Shown here piece by piece: positions 19,149 to 30,100 of a stretch of DNA of 64,000 bases. The DNA is from an uncultured Akkermansia sp. (GTDB taxonomy: Bacteria; Verrucomicrobiota; Verrucomicrobiia; Verrucomicrobiales; DEV007). The notes beneath the pieces were generated by a model. It saw only the letters and a list, made by a program, of their open reading frames with translations, was not told where the DNA came from and did no database searches. How positions within the stretch are numbered: the stretch's first letter is position 1; each line of letters begins with the position of its first letter. The stretch lies in NCBI GenBank assembly GCA_964507205.1, contig CAZDPC010000001.1:5110-69109 (forward strand), written 5' to 3'. The position numbers were made by a program, and so were the translations under genes.

Positions 19149-22100
19149 TCAGAACGACTGCGCCTCGTCTGGGCCGGGAGTCGCGTAGGCCGGATCTTTC
19201 GCTCGAATATAGAGATCGCCGTCGCGCATTCGAACCTCCAGCGGAACGAGGGTCGTTCCGCGTTGATTGATCGTGCGGGCGGTGTCGGAAATGTCGACAG
19301 TTTCGATGCCCTCCCGCGAATTGGGCACCACGTTGGCGTTGTAGAACGCCGTGCTCCACCAGCGGCCCTCGCCGTCCCGAAAAGGCGTCCCGTGCCCGAG
19401 AAAACGACCGGCGAATTCTCTCTCCGAATACGGACCGGTGATCTCGTCGGCGGTGGCGTAGTAGAGATTGTAACTCCCACGCCGCATCTGGCCCGTCGAC
19501 CAACCGGTACCGAAAAGAACATACTTCCCTTCGATCTTCATGATAAGGCAACCTTCATGCCCCATACTCACTGTGTCGCCGGACGGCTTGATGTCGATCG
19601 GCTCTCCAGCGAATCCTGAAAAGTCAGGCTTCAACGGAGCGATGGTCGTGGCTCCCCAGATCATCCACCAAGTGCCGTCGTCATCCTTGAACAGAGAGGG
19701 ATCGTGCTTCTTCTGGATGGAAGCGCCCATCGGGTTCGTCCATGGTCCGGCGACTTCCGGTCCGGCCGACAGAGAGAGATTCGCGCCCGCCACCGGCGAA
19801 GGACTGGTGTGGACGAGCGCCCATTTCTTCCTTTCTTCGAGCCAGTGAAGCTCGGGCGCCCAGAGCCGCCATTGCTTGAGGTCCGTCTCCTCGAAGCGCT
19901 CCGGCGTTTCCGAATACCAGATGCCATCCTTCAGTGTGAAGGGTGAATCGATCGGTTCCCATTCGACGAAGTCCTCGCTTCGCCATACGTTTGCCTTCCA
20001 GCCGACGAGAGATTCGGTTCCGAGACCGGAGTTGTAGGGGTCTTTCTCCTCGCGCTCGTCGCCCTGCACCGGGGTCGTTCCAGTGAGGTAGTAAAGGCCG
20101 TCGGGCCCGCGGACGACATAGGGATCGCGAATCCACGCGTTATGGACGAAGAGCGCCCGATCGTGGGTGGCGAAACCGGCTTCGATTTCTTCGCGCGACA
20201 TAGGTTCGGCTACCGCCGGTGGCTGTCCTCCGGATTCGATCCGTGTGTTCCAGATCATGCCGTTGTAGGGATTCGGTGCCTCGTAATCACCGGCGGCCGA
20301 AAGCGTGTCTTGCCCGATCGAGAGCGGATCCCTGGGCTGCACCGGAATGAGCCCGGGCGAATTCGTGCGTCCGATCTCCTCGCCGTTCAGGGAGAGGGTC
20401 ATCACTTCCTCTCCCAGCGTTCCCACCAGCGTGACCTCGCCGCGGACCGTCTTTCCTCCCTTGAGCCGAGTGACCTCCCCATTCACCCTGACGTCGAAAG
20501 CGGGAATCCCACCGGGAAGAAAATGGATCGCGTAACCATGCTCGCGCCCACCCTGGGCTACGATCACTCCTCGGGGAGGATCGTCGCTTCTCTTGATCTT
20601 GGTCTCACCGATCACGCGCAGTGTTTCATCAGCGATTTTCGGCGAGACACCGCTCTCGCCGAAGTTCGACGCGGATGCCTGTTCTCCACCACCGACTTTC
20701 TTCACAGGTTTCCCGTCGCGACCGACCGCTTCGGGATATTCATCCAGAATCCCCCGCAGCCGCTTCACTGCCGCCGGTTCTTCGTCCGCGAGATTTTTCG
20801 ATTCGAGCGGATCCTCCTGGTAATCGTAGAGCTCGATATCCGCCGAGTCGCGGGGAGAGCCGGGTTCTTTCCATTCCACCAAACGAAATCTTTCGGTCCG
20901 AATCGCTCGACCCATCTTGCCTTTCGGATACGCGTGGAAAGCGTGGTCGCGCACGCGGGCGGAATGATTCTTCAACACGGGAACCAGGCTGACTCCATCG
21001 ATCGGCTGAGGTCCTTCGGGAGCAGGAAGGCCGGCGAGTTCCGCAAGCGTCGGAAACACATCGACGCTTTCGGCGAGCTGGTTCGTTGCCGTGCCACCTT
21101 CGATCCCTGGTCCGGCGAAAACAAGGGGAATGCGATTGGCTTGCTCGTAGTTCGTGTGTTTCGTCCAGATTCCGAGGTCACCCAGATGAAAACCGTGGTC
21201 GCCCCACAGGACGACGACGGTGTTTTCGGCGAGACCAAGTTCGTCGAGACCGTCCATCACCTTGCCGATCTGCGCGTCGACGTAGCTCGTGCTCGCATAG
21301 TAACCATGGATAAGTTGCCGGGCGACCTCCTCGGAGATCGCCGCAGGATCATCCTTGTCGGGCACCGGGAAATAATTCCGAATCTCTCCCCCCCGTTTTC
21401 CGGCGACCTCTGGTGCTCCCTCCGGCAAATCCCCGCGTTCCGGCATTGGCAATTTGTCAGGATCGTAAAGGCCCCAGTATTTCTTCGGAGCGGAGAAGGG
21501 CAAATGAGGGCGGGCGAATCCGGCGACGATGAAAAAGGGACGATCCCGGTCCTTCGCCGCGCGAAGGCGCTCAACCGTCTCCGCCGCGACGCGACCGTCA
21601 GCGTAGGCCTCGTCCTCTACGTCGGGCGACTCGAAGGCGGCACCCCGCGGAAGTTGATTCATTCCACCGCGAGGTGCCGGAACATTCTGGAACATTGCCT
21701 CTTCTCTGGTCAGTTTTCCATCCGGTTTGCTTTCCGGATCGACATACTCGATCACCTTCTCCTTGAAATGCGGCACCGCGAAGGATTCCGGATCGCCCTG
21801 GTTCCCGTGGCCGATGTGGAAGACCTTTCCGAGCGACTCGGTCCGGTAGTCCCCGTATTTCGCGAAGTGCTGAGGCATCGTTACGGCACCCGGCCACATC
21901 TTTCGCAGATCGCTACCGAGACCGTAGAGCCCGGTCGAAGTCGAGTGCGATCCGAGCATCAGCGTATAACGCGACGGAGCACAAACCGCCTGATTGCAGT
22001 AGGCTCGATCGAATCGCATCCCTCGTTCTGCGAGCGCATCGAGGTTCGGCGTTTTCGCCGTCTCGTCTCCGAAGGCGCCGATCGCTGGCTTGAGATCGTC

Positions 22101-22235
22101 GACGAGAATGAGGAGAACATTTGGTCGATCCGCCGCGGCGGGTAGAACGGAAATCAAAAGGCAAAGCAAAATCGAGCAGATTCCGAGCGAAGCGGAGGAA
22201 GACGAAGCGGAGCACATCGTTGTCAATTTGGTCAT
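19149..22235 (-). CDS. Multimodular sulfatase (iduronate-2-sulfatase-like) + LamG/ConA-like domain + GH43-like beta-propeller glycoside hydrolase
   Basis: PNVLLILVDDL, CAPSR, GKVFH, RPHLP, WGDHG; then IVAQGG...GYAIH; then IRDP, WAPE, HDP, HEG. Start reassigned to MTKLTT. Confidence 0.85.
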   Translation of the reverse strand: MTKLTTMCSASSSSASLGICSILLCLLISVLPAAADRPNVLLILVDDLKPAIGAFGDETAKTPNLDALAERGMRFDRAYCNQAVCAPSRYTLMLGSHSTSTGLYGLGSDLRKMWPGAVTMPQHFAKYGDYRTESLGKVFHIGHGNQGDPESFAVPHFKEKVIEYVDPESKPDGKLTREEAMFQNVPAPRGGMNQLPRGAAFESPDVEDEAYADGRVAAETVERLRAAKDRDRPFFIVAGFARPHLPFSAPKKYWGLYDPDKLPMPERGDLPEGAPEVAGKRGGEIRNYFPVPDKDDPAAISEEVARQLIHGYYASTSYVDAQIGKVMDGLDELGLAENTVVVLWGDHGFHLGDLGIWTKHTNYEQANRIPLVFAGPGIEGGTATNQLAESVDVFPTLAELAGLPAPEGPQPIDGVSLVPVLKNHSARVRDHAFHAYPKGKMGRAIRTERFRLVEWKEPGSPRDSADIELYDYQEDPLESKNLADEEPAAVKRLRGILDEYPEAVGRDGKPVKKVGGGEQASASNFGESGVSPKIADETLRVIGETKIKRSDDPPRGVIVAQGGREHGYAIHFLPGGIPAFDVRVNGEVTRLKGGKTVRGEVTLVGTLGEEVMTLSLNGEEIGRTNSPGLIPVQPRDPLSIGQDTLSAAGDYEAPNPYNGMIWNTRIESGGQPPAVAEPMSREEIEAGFATHDRALFVHNAWIRDPYVVRGPDGLYYLTGTTPVQGDEREEKDPYNSGLGTESLVGWKANVWRSEDFVEWEPIDSPFTLKDGIWYSETPERFEETDLKQWRLWAPELHWLEERKKWALVHTSPSPVAGANLSLSAGPEVAGPWTNPMGASIQKKHDPSLFKDDDGTWWMIWGATTIAPLKPDFSGFAGEPIDIKPSGDTVSMGHEGCLIMKIEGKYVLFGTGWSTGQMRRGSYNLYYATADEITGPYSEREFAGRFLGHGTPFRDGEGRWWSTAFYNANVVPNSREGIETVDISDTARTINQRGTTLVPLEVRMRDGDLYIRAKDPAYATPGPDEAQSF

Positions 22236-22377
22236 GCAGTCAAAAGGGTGGAATCGTAGATTCTGGACAGGACGGGAAGTCCGCGCAATCTCCTCTGATC
22301 GAAAACTTGATCGGATATTTGGAGAAAACGGGCACACGCCGTTGCCATCGCGGCTGAGTTTGTTGTATCCCATCCCA

Positions 22378-24483
22378 ATGAAATCCCCGTCGAAGATACC
22401 CTTTTTCTTTCTCGCCGTCGCTTGCGTTTGGCTCTCAGTAATCGACGCGAAGGCCGAGCCTCCCACCAATCTCATCTACATCATGACCGACGATCTCGGA
22501 TATGGCGATCTCGGATGCTACGGGCAGGAAGTGATCCGGACGCCGCGCCTCGACCGGATGGCGACGGAAGGAATGCGATTCACCGATCATTATGCCGGCC
22601 ACACGGTTTGCCGCCCCTCGCGATTGGTTCTGTGGACGGGCAAACACGTTGGGCACACCGGCCTGATCGGAAACCGCGACCGCAGCCTGACGGGTTCGGA
22701 GAAAACATTGCCACGTCTCTTGCAGGAAGCAGGCTACGTAACAGGCGGAGTCGGGAAATGGGCACTCGGAAACGTCGACGAACCCGCTTCGGTCGACAAC
22801 CCGGGCCATCCGAATCACAACGGTTTCGACATGTGGTTCGGCTACCTCAACCAGGGCAACGCCCACAATTTCTACCCACCCTTTCTTTGGGACAACAAAG
22901 AGCAATTCGCTCTCTCCGGAAACGTCCTCATGACCGACAACGAGAAAGCGCGAGGTCGGGTCTCGGAAAAACGAGTCACCTATTCGCACGATGTCATGAC
23001 GGAACGGGCGCTTTCCTTCGTGCGGAAGAATCGCGAAAGCCCCTTCCTTCTCCACATCCACTGGACCATCCCCCACGCGAACAACGAGGGCGGCAGAGTT
23101 TTCGGGGATGGGATGGAGATCCCCGACTACGGCATCTACGCGGACCGCGACTGGCCGAATCCGGAGAAAGGTTTCGCGGCGATGGTGACGCGAATGGATC
23201 GCGACGTCGGAAAGCTGCTCGACTTGCTCGCAGAATTGGGAATCGACGACCACACTGCAGTTTTTTTCACTTCCGACAACGGTCCGCATGAGGAGGGCGG
23301 ACACAAGCACGAGTTTTTCGACTCGAACGGTCCTCTCAAGGGATACAAGCGCTCGATGCACGAAGGTGGAATCCGGGTCCCGCTTATCGCCCGCTGGCCC
23401 GGAACGATCGAGGCGGGAACGGTGTCCGATCATCCTTCCGCGTTCTGGGATTATCTTCCCACCGCGTGCGAGATTGTCGGCACGGAAGCACCCGCCGGGA
23501 TTGATGGCATTTCCTACCTGCCAACGCTTCTTGGGCGGAAGGAGAATCAGAAAACGCACGATTATCTCTACTGGGCGAGTTCCGAAGGCGAGACTTCCGT
23601 GGGCATCCGGGATGGCAAATGGAAACTGGTGAAATATCGCGAGAAGAGAAAGGCGAAGAATGAAGGTGAACCGAACGACTGGCGACTCTACGACTTGAGC
23701 GAAGATATCGGCGAAGAGAACAACATCGCTTCCGAACATCCTGAAATCGTCGAGCGGATGAAGGCGGAAGTACGGCGTGATGACCTGGCCGGGTTTCCCG
23801 ATGCCTCTGAAGGCGGAAAGGAAATCGTCGTCGCCCTGATCGGCGATTCGACGGTCACGGACACGGCGGGTTGGGGCGCCGCCTTCGCGGACCGATTCGG
23901 TTCGAACGTGGAGGTGAAAAATTTTGCCGCCGGTGGCCGCAGCGCCAAAAGCTGGCTCGCCGAAGATCGGCTTCCTGAAGTACTCGAAGCCAAACCGGAC
24001 TACGTGCTGATTCAATTCGGGCACAACGGCCAGCCCGGTAAAGGTCCCGACCGCGAAACCGATCCGGCTACGACCTACCGCGAATTCCTTCGCCGTTATG
24101 TTGACGAATTCCGAGCCATCGGAGCCAAGCCGATTCTGGTGAGCTCCGTTACGAGACGCGACTACGACTTGAGTGGCAAGATCCGGGTCGACCCTTCCAA
24201 AACCAAAAACCCCGAGGACCGGGTCACCCTGCCGCTTCGCCCTTGGGCAGAGGCCTGCAAAGAGGTCGCGGAGAAAACGGAGACGCCGTTTGTCGATCTC
24301 TACGGTGCGAGCGCCGCCTATCACAATCACATCGGCGAGACGGCCAGTTGGCATTTCAGCCCAAAGGAGAACGACATCACCCATTTCAATTCAGCCGGTG
24401 CTGAAGCGATCGCGAATCTCGTGATCGACGGGCTTCGGGATGCTGCTCCCGATTTGGCGAGGCACTTGAGGGAAACTCGCTAG
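22378..24483 (+). CDS. Arylsulfatase fused to SGNH rhamnogalacturonan-acetylesterase-like (CE12-like) domain
   Basis: Signal peptide; DDLGYGD, CRPSR, GKW, SDNG; C-terminal IGDSTV, GW, GGRS, QFGHN, DITHF. Confidence 0.87.
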   Translation: MKSPSKIPFFFLAVACVWLSVIDAKAEPPTNLIYIMTDDLGYGDLGCYGQEVIRTPRLDRMATEGMRFTDHYAGHTVCRPSRLVLWTGKHVGHTGLIGNRDRSLTGSEKTLPRLLQEAGYVTGGVGKWALGNVDEPASVDNPGHPNHNGFDMWFGYLNQGNAHNFYPPFLWDNKEQFALSGNVLMTDNEKARGRVSEKRVTYSHDVMTERALSFVRKNRESPFLLHIHWTIPHANNEGGRVFGDGMEIPDYGIYADRDWPNPEKGFAAMVTRMDRDVGKLLDLLAELGIDDHTAVFFTSDNGPHEEGGHKHEFFDSNGPLKGYKRSMHEGGIRVPLIARWPGTIEAGTVSDHPSAFWDYLPTACEIVGTEAPAGIDGISYLPTLLGRKENQKTHDYLYWASSEGETSVGIRDGKWKLVKYREKRKAKNEGEPNDWRLYDLSEDIGEENNIASEHPEIVERMKAEVRRDDLAGFPDASEGGKEIVVALIGDSTVTDTAGWGAAFADRFGSNVEVKNFAAGGRSAKSWLAEDRLPEVLEAKPDYVLIQFGHNGQPGKGPDRETDPATTYREFLRRYVDEFRAIGAKPILVSSVTRRDYDLSGKIRVDPSKTKNPEDRVTLPLRPWAEACKEVAEKTETPFVDLYGASAAYHNHIGETASWHFSPKENDITHFNSAGAEAIANLVIDGLRDAAPDLARHLRETR

Positions 24484-25748
24484 TCGTGTGAGATTCGCCA
24501 GATCGTGTTGTTGCCGTCCTCGCTCATCAACAGCGATCCATCCTTCATCACCGCGAGGCCGACAGGGCGGCCCCAGACATCTTCATTTTCCAGAACGAAT
24601 CCAGTCAGAAAATCCTCGTAGACGCCTTCCTCGACCGGCACGCCGTTCTCAAGATCGATGCGGACGACCTTGTACCCGGTACGCGGGTTCCGGTTCCACG
24701 AACCGTGGAACGCTGCGAATATATCGCCATCGTATTCCTCCGGAAACTGATCGCCGGTGTAAATCGTCAGATTGAGCGTCGCCGAGTGCGCCTGCACCGG
24801 AACGTCCGGAATCAGCATCGTCGCTAGTTTGTCAGGGTGATCGTCCTCGTGCCGCGGATCGATCCTGTCGGGCATGTAATACCAAGGCCAGCCGTAGAAG
24901 CCTTTCTCCTCGACGCGGGTGATGTAGTCAGGCACGAGATCGTCACCGAGAGCGTCACGCTCGTTGACCGACGTCCAGAGTGCCCCGGTCGCGGGATGCA
25001 CCGCGATCCCCACCGGATTCCGGATGCCGGTGGCGAAGACGTTCTTGCGCGAACCGTCCGGCTCCATCGCGAATATACGGGCTCTCTCGCGTTCGATCTC
25101 GAGATTCTCCTCATCGACATTTGTTTTCGATCCGACGGAAGCATAGAGAATTTCTCCGTTGTTGGAAAAGGCGATGTCCCGAGTCCAATGACCGCCTCCC
25201 TCGAGATGGCCGCCGCCCGAGAATTCGGTGATCTGCTCGGGACCGTCTTTCGCCGCGAGATCACCGCTCGAGTAGGGAAAACGAATCACGCCATCCGTTT
25301 CGGCGACGTAGAGAAATTCCGGCGAATCCCCGGGCGGATAGAAAGAGAGCCCGAAGGGCCTTTCCAATCCCTCCACGAACGTCTCGCGAATCTCCGGCGT
25401 GCCATCGCCATCCTCATCGCGTAGAACGAGCACCTTGCCCGGCTTGCTTTCGGTCAGAAAAACGTCGCCGTTCGGCGCGGTGCAGAGGTATCGGGGGTTC
25501 TCGAAGCCTTCCGCCCACTTCATGACGGTGAATCCTTCCGGAACCTCCGGTTGTGCTCCATCCGGTGCCTCGACAACCGTGGGCTGGTTCTTTGCCGATT
25601 CCGTCGCGAATGGCTCCGGGAGTTCGTTCAACTCAATACGGTGCTTCACCCCGGGACCGTCGTTTCGCCAGTCACGGGTGGAATTGTCCGCGGCGTAGAG
25701 GTTCGGGGACACGGCGGCTGCCAAGGCGAGGAAGAAGTGGGTTCTCAT
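24480..25748 (-). CDS. L-sorbosone dehydrogenase family (soluble quinoprotein sugar dehydrogenase-like beta-propeller)
   Basis: Signal peptide; VPEGFTV..WA.G..NPR, HWTRD, GIRNPVG, NERD.LGDDLVPDY, FHGSWNR, GRPVG. Confidence 0.88.
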   Translation of the reverse strand: MRTHFFLALAAAVSPNLYAADNSTRDWRNDGPGVKHRIELNELPEPFATESAKNQPTVVEAPDGAQPEVPEGFTVMKWAEGFENPRYLCTAPNGDVFLTESKPGKVLVLRDEDGDGTPEIRETFVEGLERPFGLSFYPPGDSPEFLYVAETDGVIRFPYSSGDLAAKDGPEQITEFSGGGHLEGGGHWTRDIAFSNNGEILYASVGSKTNVDEENLEIERERARIFAMEPDGSRKNVFATGIRNPVGIAVHPATGALWTSVNERDALGDDLVPDYITRVEEKGFYGWPWYYMPDRIDPRHEDDHPDKLATMLIPDVPVQAHSATLNLTIYTGDQFPEEYDGDIFAAFHGSWNRNPRTGYKVVRIDLENGVPVEEGVYEDFLTGFVLENEDVWGRPVGLAVMKDGSLLMSEDGNNTIWRISHD

Positions 25749-25986
25749 GCCGTAGGTTACGCAGGCACTCGGCAGCGAGAGTCGCGTTTCGAGATCCGCG
25801 AACCCCATACGACAGCCACGCCACAAGTATCCGAGGTGAATCCCTCTCGGAAAACGGAGAATCCGGAAAACCGCGCATCGAATTTTGAAGATATTTGAAA
25901 CTGACCCGGGCAATTTGTCTCCTCTCCGCAGTTTCCCTGTGCCGAGTCGCTTTTCAGAGTGCTCGGATTACCAACCCCACCTGGCG

Positions 25987-26331
25987 ATGCTACATCCCCT
26001 TTCCCACTCGGTCCTCTGCCGAATCTATCTACCTATCCTGAGTTGTTGCCTCATGGTCCTTCAGCCAGCGAGTTCGCAAACGAGTCAGGATGACGCGGCG
26101 ATGATGGACGAACAGAAGACCCATCCCGCTGTCGAGAAGTTCAAGGCTCTCGTTGAGAGCGGTGGCGAAATCAATCGTGAAACCCTGGAAGCGGCAGCCG
26201 CGGCTCTGAGAGTGAAACGCTTCGAAGAAAAATCCGATGGCGAACTGACATCGGCGATCCAGAGAGCGACGAAAACCGGTGACTTCGGCGCCCCGAGTTC
26301 AACGAACTCACGACCCGCAATCAGGAAATGA
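25987..26331 (+). CDS. Hypothetical small secreted protein
   Basis: ORF fills the intergenic gap; signal-peptide-like N-terminus (..PASS/Q) and helical body; no recognised family. Confidence 0.45.
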   Translation: MLHPLSHSVLCRIYLPILSCCLMVLQPASSQTSQDDAAMMDEQKTHPAVEKFKALVESGGEINRETLEAAAAALRVKRFEEKSDGELTSAIQRATKTGDFGAPSSTNSRPAIRK

Positions 26332-26370
26332 AGTTCCCTCGATGGATGGGGTTCATCAAGGATCCGTTCG

Positions 26371-27114
26371 CTAACCTCCCTTCCGATACCGCAGCGGCGT
26401 CACGCCGACATGCTTCCGGAAATGCTGAGTGAAGGAACTCTGGTCGTAGAACCCATACTCAACAGCGATCTCGCAGATGCTTCGGTCCGTCCGGCGCAAG
26501 TCGTCGCAGGCGGCTTGCACTCTCGTCTTGATCAGGAACGTCGTTGGATTCGTCCCGAATACTTCGCGAAATCGTCGGTTGAATTGCCGGATCGACATAC
26601 CGCTCATCCTCGCGAGTTCGGACATGGAGACCGGCTCGCGGAAGTGTTCCCGCAGGTAGCTCACGGCGCGGTCGAGTTGAAGATGCGGGGTGAGAGCCGC
26701 TTTGCGCCCGTCGTAGCTCTGGACCGTTCCCATCACACCGATCACTTCTCCGTCGCTGCCGAACACCGGAAACTTGTTCGTAATAAACCAGTCGGGAAGT
26801 CCCTGGCGATTGAAGAACAACTCGATGATCTTCAACATCGGTTTCCCCGAGGAGATGACCTTTTCGTCATCACCTCGAAATTTCTCGGCGAGCCGTTCGG
26901 GAAACAATTCGAAATCGTTTTTCCCGATCAGGTCGGACTCTTTCTCGCATCCGAGTCGCTCCCAGAATGCACGGTTCGCCACGACGAGCTCATATTGTAG
27001 ATTCTTGGCAAAAAACGAAACGCCGGGAAGATGGTCGAATACGACCTCGAAATGCGACTGCGGGGAGACTTGCGCCAGAAATTCCGCTTTGGGATTGATC
27101 CCTGTTTCGTTCAT
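26371..27114 (-). CDS. PAS-domain AraC family transcriptional regulator
   Basis: N-terminal PAS (FFAKN...ANRAF...LIGKNDFELFP); C-terminal double HTH (IAVEYGFYDQSSFTQHFRKHVGVTPLRYR). Confidence 0.92.
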   Translation of the reverse strand: MNETGINPKAEFLAQVSPQSHFEVVFDHLPGVSFFAKNLQYELVVANRAFWERLGCEKESDLIGKNDFELFPERLAEKFRGDDEKVISSGKPMLKIIELFFNRQGLPDWFITNKFPVFGSDGEVIGVMGTVQSYDGRKAALTPHLQLDRAVSYLREHFREPVSMSELARMSGMSIRQFNRRFREVFGTNPTTFLIKTRVQAACDDLRRTDRSICEIAVEYGFYDQSSFTQHFRKHVGVTPLRYRKGG

Positions 27115-27198
27115 ATTTCTACCAGCATGGCCGGATCGTCATAAAATACGGCGATAGGAAGCAAGATGCCGATGCCGGATCGCGCCACGTTTCGTTGG

Positions 27199-30100
27199 AT
27201 GAACAAATTTCTCACAGTCACTTTCCTTGCGGTAGCGACTGCAGTCATTGTCACTGCCGAGGCAGGACCCGTCCGGGTTCTCTTCCTCGGGCACGAGGGA
27301 GACGGGCCGGGACAGGCGTCCCACCAACCTGGAAAGATGGCTCCGAAGCTGATGCAGGCCCTCGGACCGGAGGCGATCTACTTCGACTATGTCGCGACTC
27401 CGGAGGAAGCGTTCGGCGACCGCGACAACCTGTTCCGCTACGATTCGGTTCTGCTCTACGCGAATCACCAGACTTTAGACCGGAGGCTCTGGAAGAACCT
27501 GAAGGATTTCATCGAAAGCGGAAAGGGCTTCGTCCCGATCCACGCGGCGAGCTGGTGTTTTCAGAATATTCTCGAATTCGATCAGCTCGTCGGCGGGCGA
27601 TTCAAGTCCCACGGAACGGGTGAGTTTTCTCCGAAGACCATCGCTGCGGATCATCCGGCTATCGCCGGAGTTCCCCAGTTGGAGGCGTGGGACGAGACCT
27701 ATTTTCACGAGAAGCACAACGAAACCAACCGCACCGTGCTTCAGGTCCGCGAAGGCCCCGAGGGCGATCCGAATCGCGGCCCCGAACCATGGACTTGGGT
27801 TCGCACTCAAGGGAAGGGTCGCGTTTTCTACACTGCGAGCGGACACGACGAACGAGTCTGGGGGAAGTCGCAATTCCACGCCCTCCTGAAATCGGGAATC
27901 CTCTGGTCCATCGGTGAGGAGAGGCGGGCCACGTATGAAGAGTTTCTCGGAAAGAGAGCGCCCCTTACCTACGAAACTCGCGACAATATTCCGAACTACG
28001 AGGAACGTCCCAGGCCGCTTCCCTACCAACTCCCACTCTCGCCCGAAGACAGCCGCGACTACCTGCAGGCACCAGTTGGCTGGGACCTGTCGCTTTTCGC
28101 CGCTGAACCTCAGATCGTGAATCCGATCTGCCTCGCCTGGGACGACCGCGGCCGGCTGTGGGTCGCCGAGACCGTCGACTATCCGAACGAAGTACGACCG
28201 AACGGCGGCAACGATTCGATCAAGATCCTTGAGGACACTGACGGCGACGGACGCTGCGACAAAGTGACCAGGTTCGCCGACGGCCTCAACATTCCCACCT
28301 CGCTCATTCACTGGAATGGAGGAATCATCGTGGCTCAGGCACCCGATTTTCTCTTTCTAAAAGACTCCGATGGCGACGACCAAGCCGATCTCCGTGAAAC
28401 GATCCTGACCGGCTGGGGAACGAGGGACACGCACGCCGGTCCGTCGAACCTCCGATACGGGATCGACAACTGGATCTACGGGACGGTCGGTTATTCGGGT
28501 TTCGATGGGCAGGTAGGAGACAAGACCCTGAAGTTTGGATCGGGCATTTTCCGGATGAGGCCGGACGGCTCGAGGCTCGAATTTCTCCATCAGTTCAACA
28601 ACAACACCTGGGGTCTCGGACTCAACGCGGCCGGCGATGTCTTCGGCTCGACCGCGAACCGGAATCCCGCCTTCTTCGGTGGGTTTCCCGAGACCGGGTT
28701 TCCCGAAGGGAAGCATGGCCAAAGCGCCCGGATGATCGCGAACGATCCTTCCTTTTTCCCGATCACCCCGAACATCCGCCAGGTCGACGCCTTCGGCATG
28801 TACACTGCCGGGGCGGGGTATGCATTGGCCACCTCAAACAATTTTCCGCCCGAATGGCGGGACCGCACGGCCTTTATCGGCGGACCAACCGGAAACCTGC
28901 TCGGAATCTTTGAGAATGTGCGTGAAGGATCCGGCTACCGTGCGATCAACCGGGGAAATCTCCTCGCCGGCGTCGACGAATGGTTTTCGCCGGTGGCGGC
29001 AGAAGTCGGCCCTGACGGCAACCTCTGGGTCGCGGATTGGTACAACTTCATCATTCAGCACAATCCTGCTCCGACTCCCGAACGAGGTGGCTACCAGGCC
29101 GAGACCGGCCTCGGCAATGCCCACGAGAATCCCAACCGCGATCAGCAGCACGGCCGCATTTATCGAGCTATCTGGGAGGGCTCTCGCCAATCCCCCATTA
29201 CTCGTCTCGATGGAGCTTCCGATTCGGAACTCGTCGCCGCACTCGGAAGCGACAACCAGTTCTGGAGATTGACGGCCCAGCGCATCCTCGTCGCGGAAAA
29301 GCGGACAGGTGTCGTCTCCGCCTTGAAAGATGTGATTTCCGATTTTGGTGGCATTTCCGGCGCCCACGCACTCTGGACCTTGCGCGGAATCGGGGCACTC
29401 GACCGGGAAACTCACCAACTCGCTCTCCTGAAACCTGGCGATGCACTCCTGAAGCGGAACGCCATCCGCGCCATTCCGAATACGGACGAAGGCATGCAAC
29501 TATTCTTCGACACCGCCGTGGTTCAGGATGAGGAACCCATCGTCAGACTCGCTGCGTTTTCCAAGCTCGCGCATTTTCCTGATCGCGAACGCGTCGAACT
29601 GGCGGCGAAAGAGTTGATCAAGCGAGCAGAAAATGCCTCCGACGAATGGCTCACCATCGCCCTTCGCGCCAGTGGTGCCGGAGCGGTGAAACGAGGACCC
29701 GCCACGATCATCGGGCCGAACTTACTTCCGAACCCTTCCTTCGAGATCGTCGCCGACGGTCAACCCGTCGACTGGAGAGTCCGTACCTACTCCGGCGAAG
29801 CCGAGCACGTCGTCGCGAGTATCGCCCGAACTGGTGATCGAAGCCTGCGTATCGATTCGGAAAAAGGAGCGGACACGAGCTTTTTCACCTCCGTGCCGGT
29901 AAAGCCAGACACCGATTACCAACTCGCCGGATGGGTCAAGACCGCAGGACTGCTCGGAGCGCGGGGCGCCCAGATGAACGCCCACGAGGTTCAACAGCAA
30001 CCTCGGGGATCCCGGACCAATGCCTATGACCGCGGAACCCAACAATGGTCCAAAGTCGAAACGATCTTCAATTCCCTCGACCGCACCGAAATCACGATCA

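Noticed and set aside
22090-22475. Apparent overlap of the two divergent sulfatase ORFs
   Set aside because: It disappears when starts are placed at the signal peptides (22235 and 22378).
22435-24384. 649-aa antisense ORF (also 20142-22145 +, 14396-15619 +, 52852-54087 +, 43331-44551 +, 55335-56408 +)
   Set aside because: Each lies opposite a gene with clear family motifs and has none itself; long shadow ORFs are expected from codon bias in GC-rich DNA.
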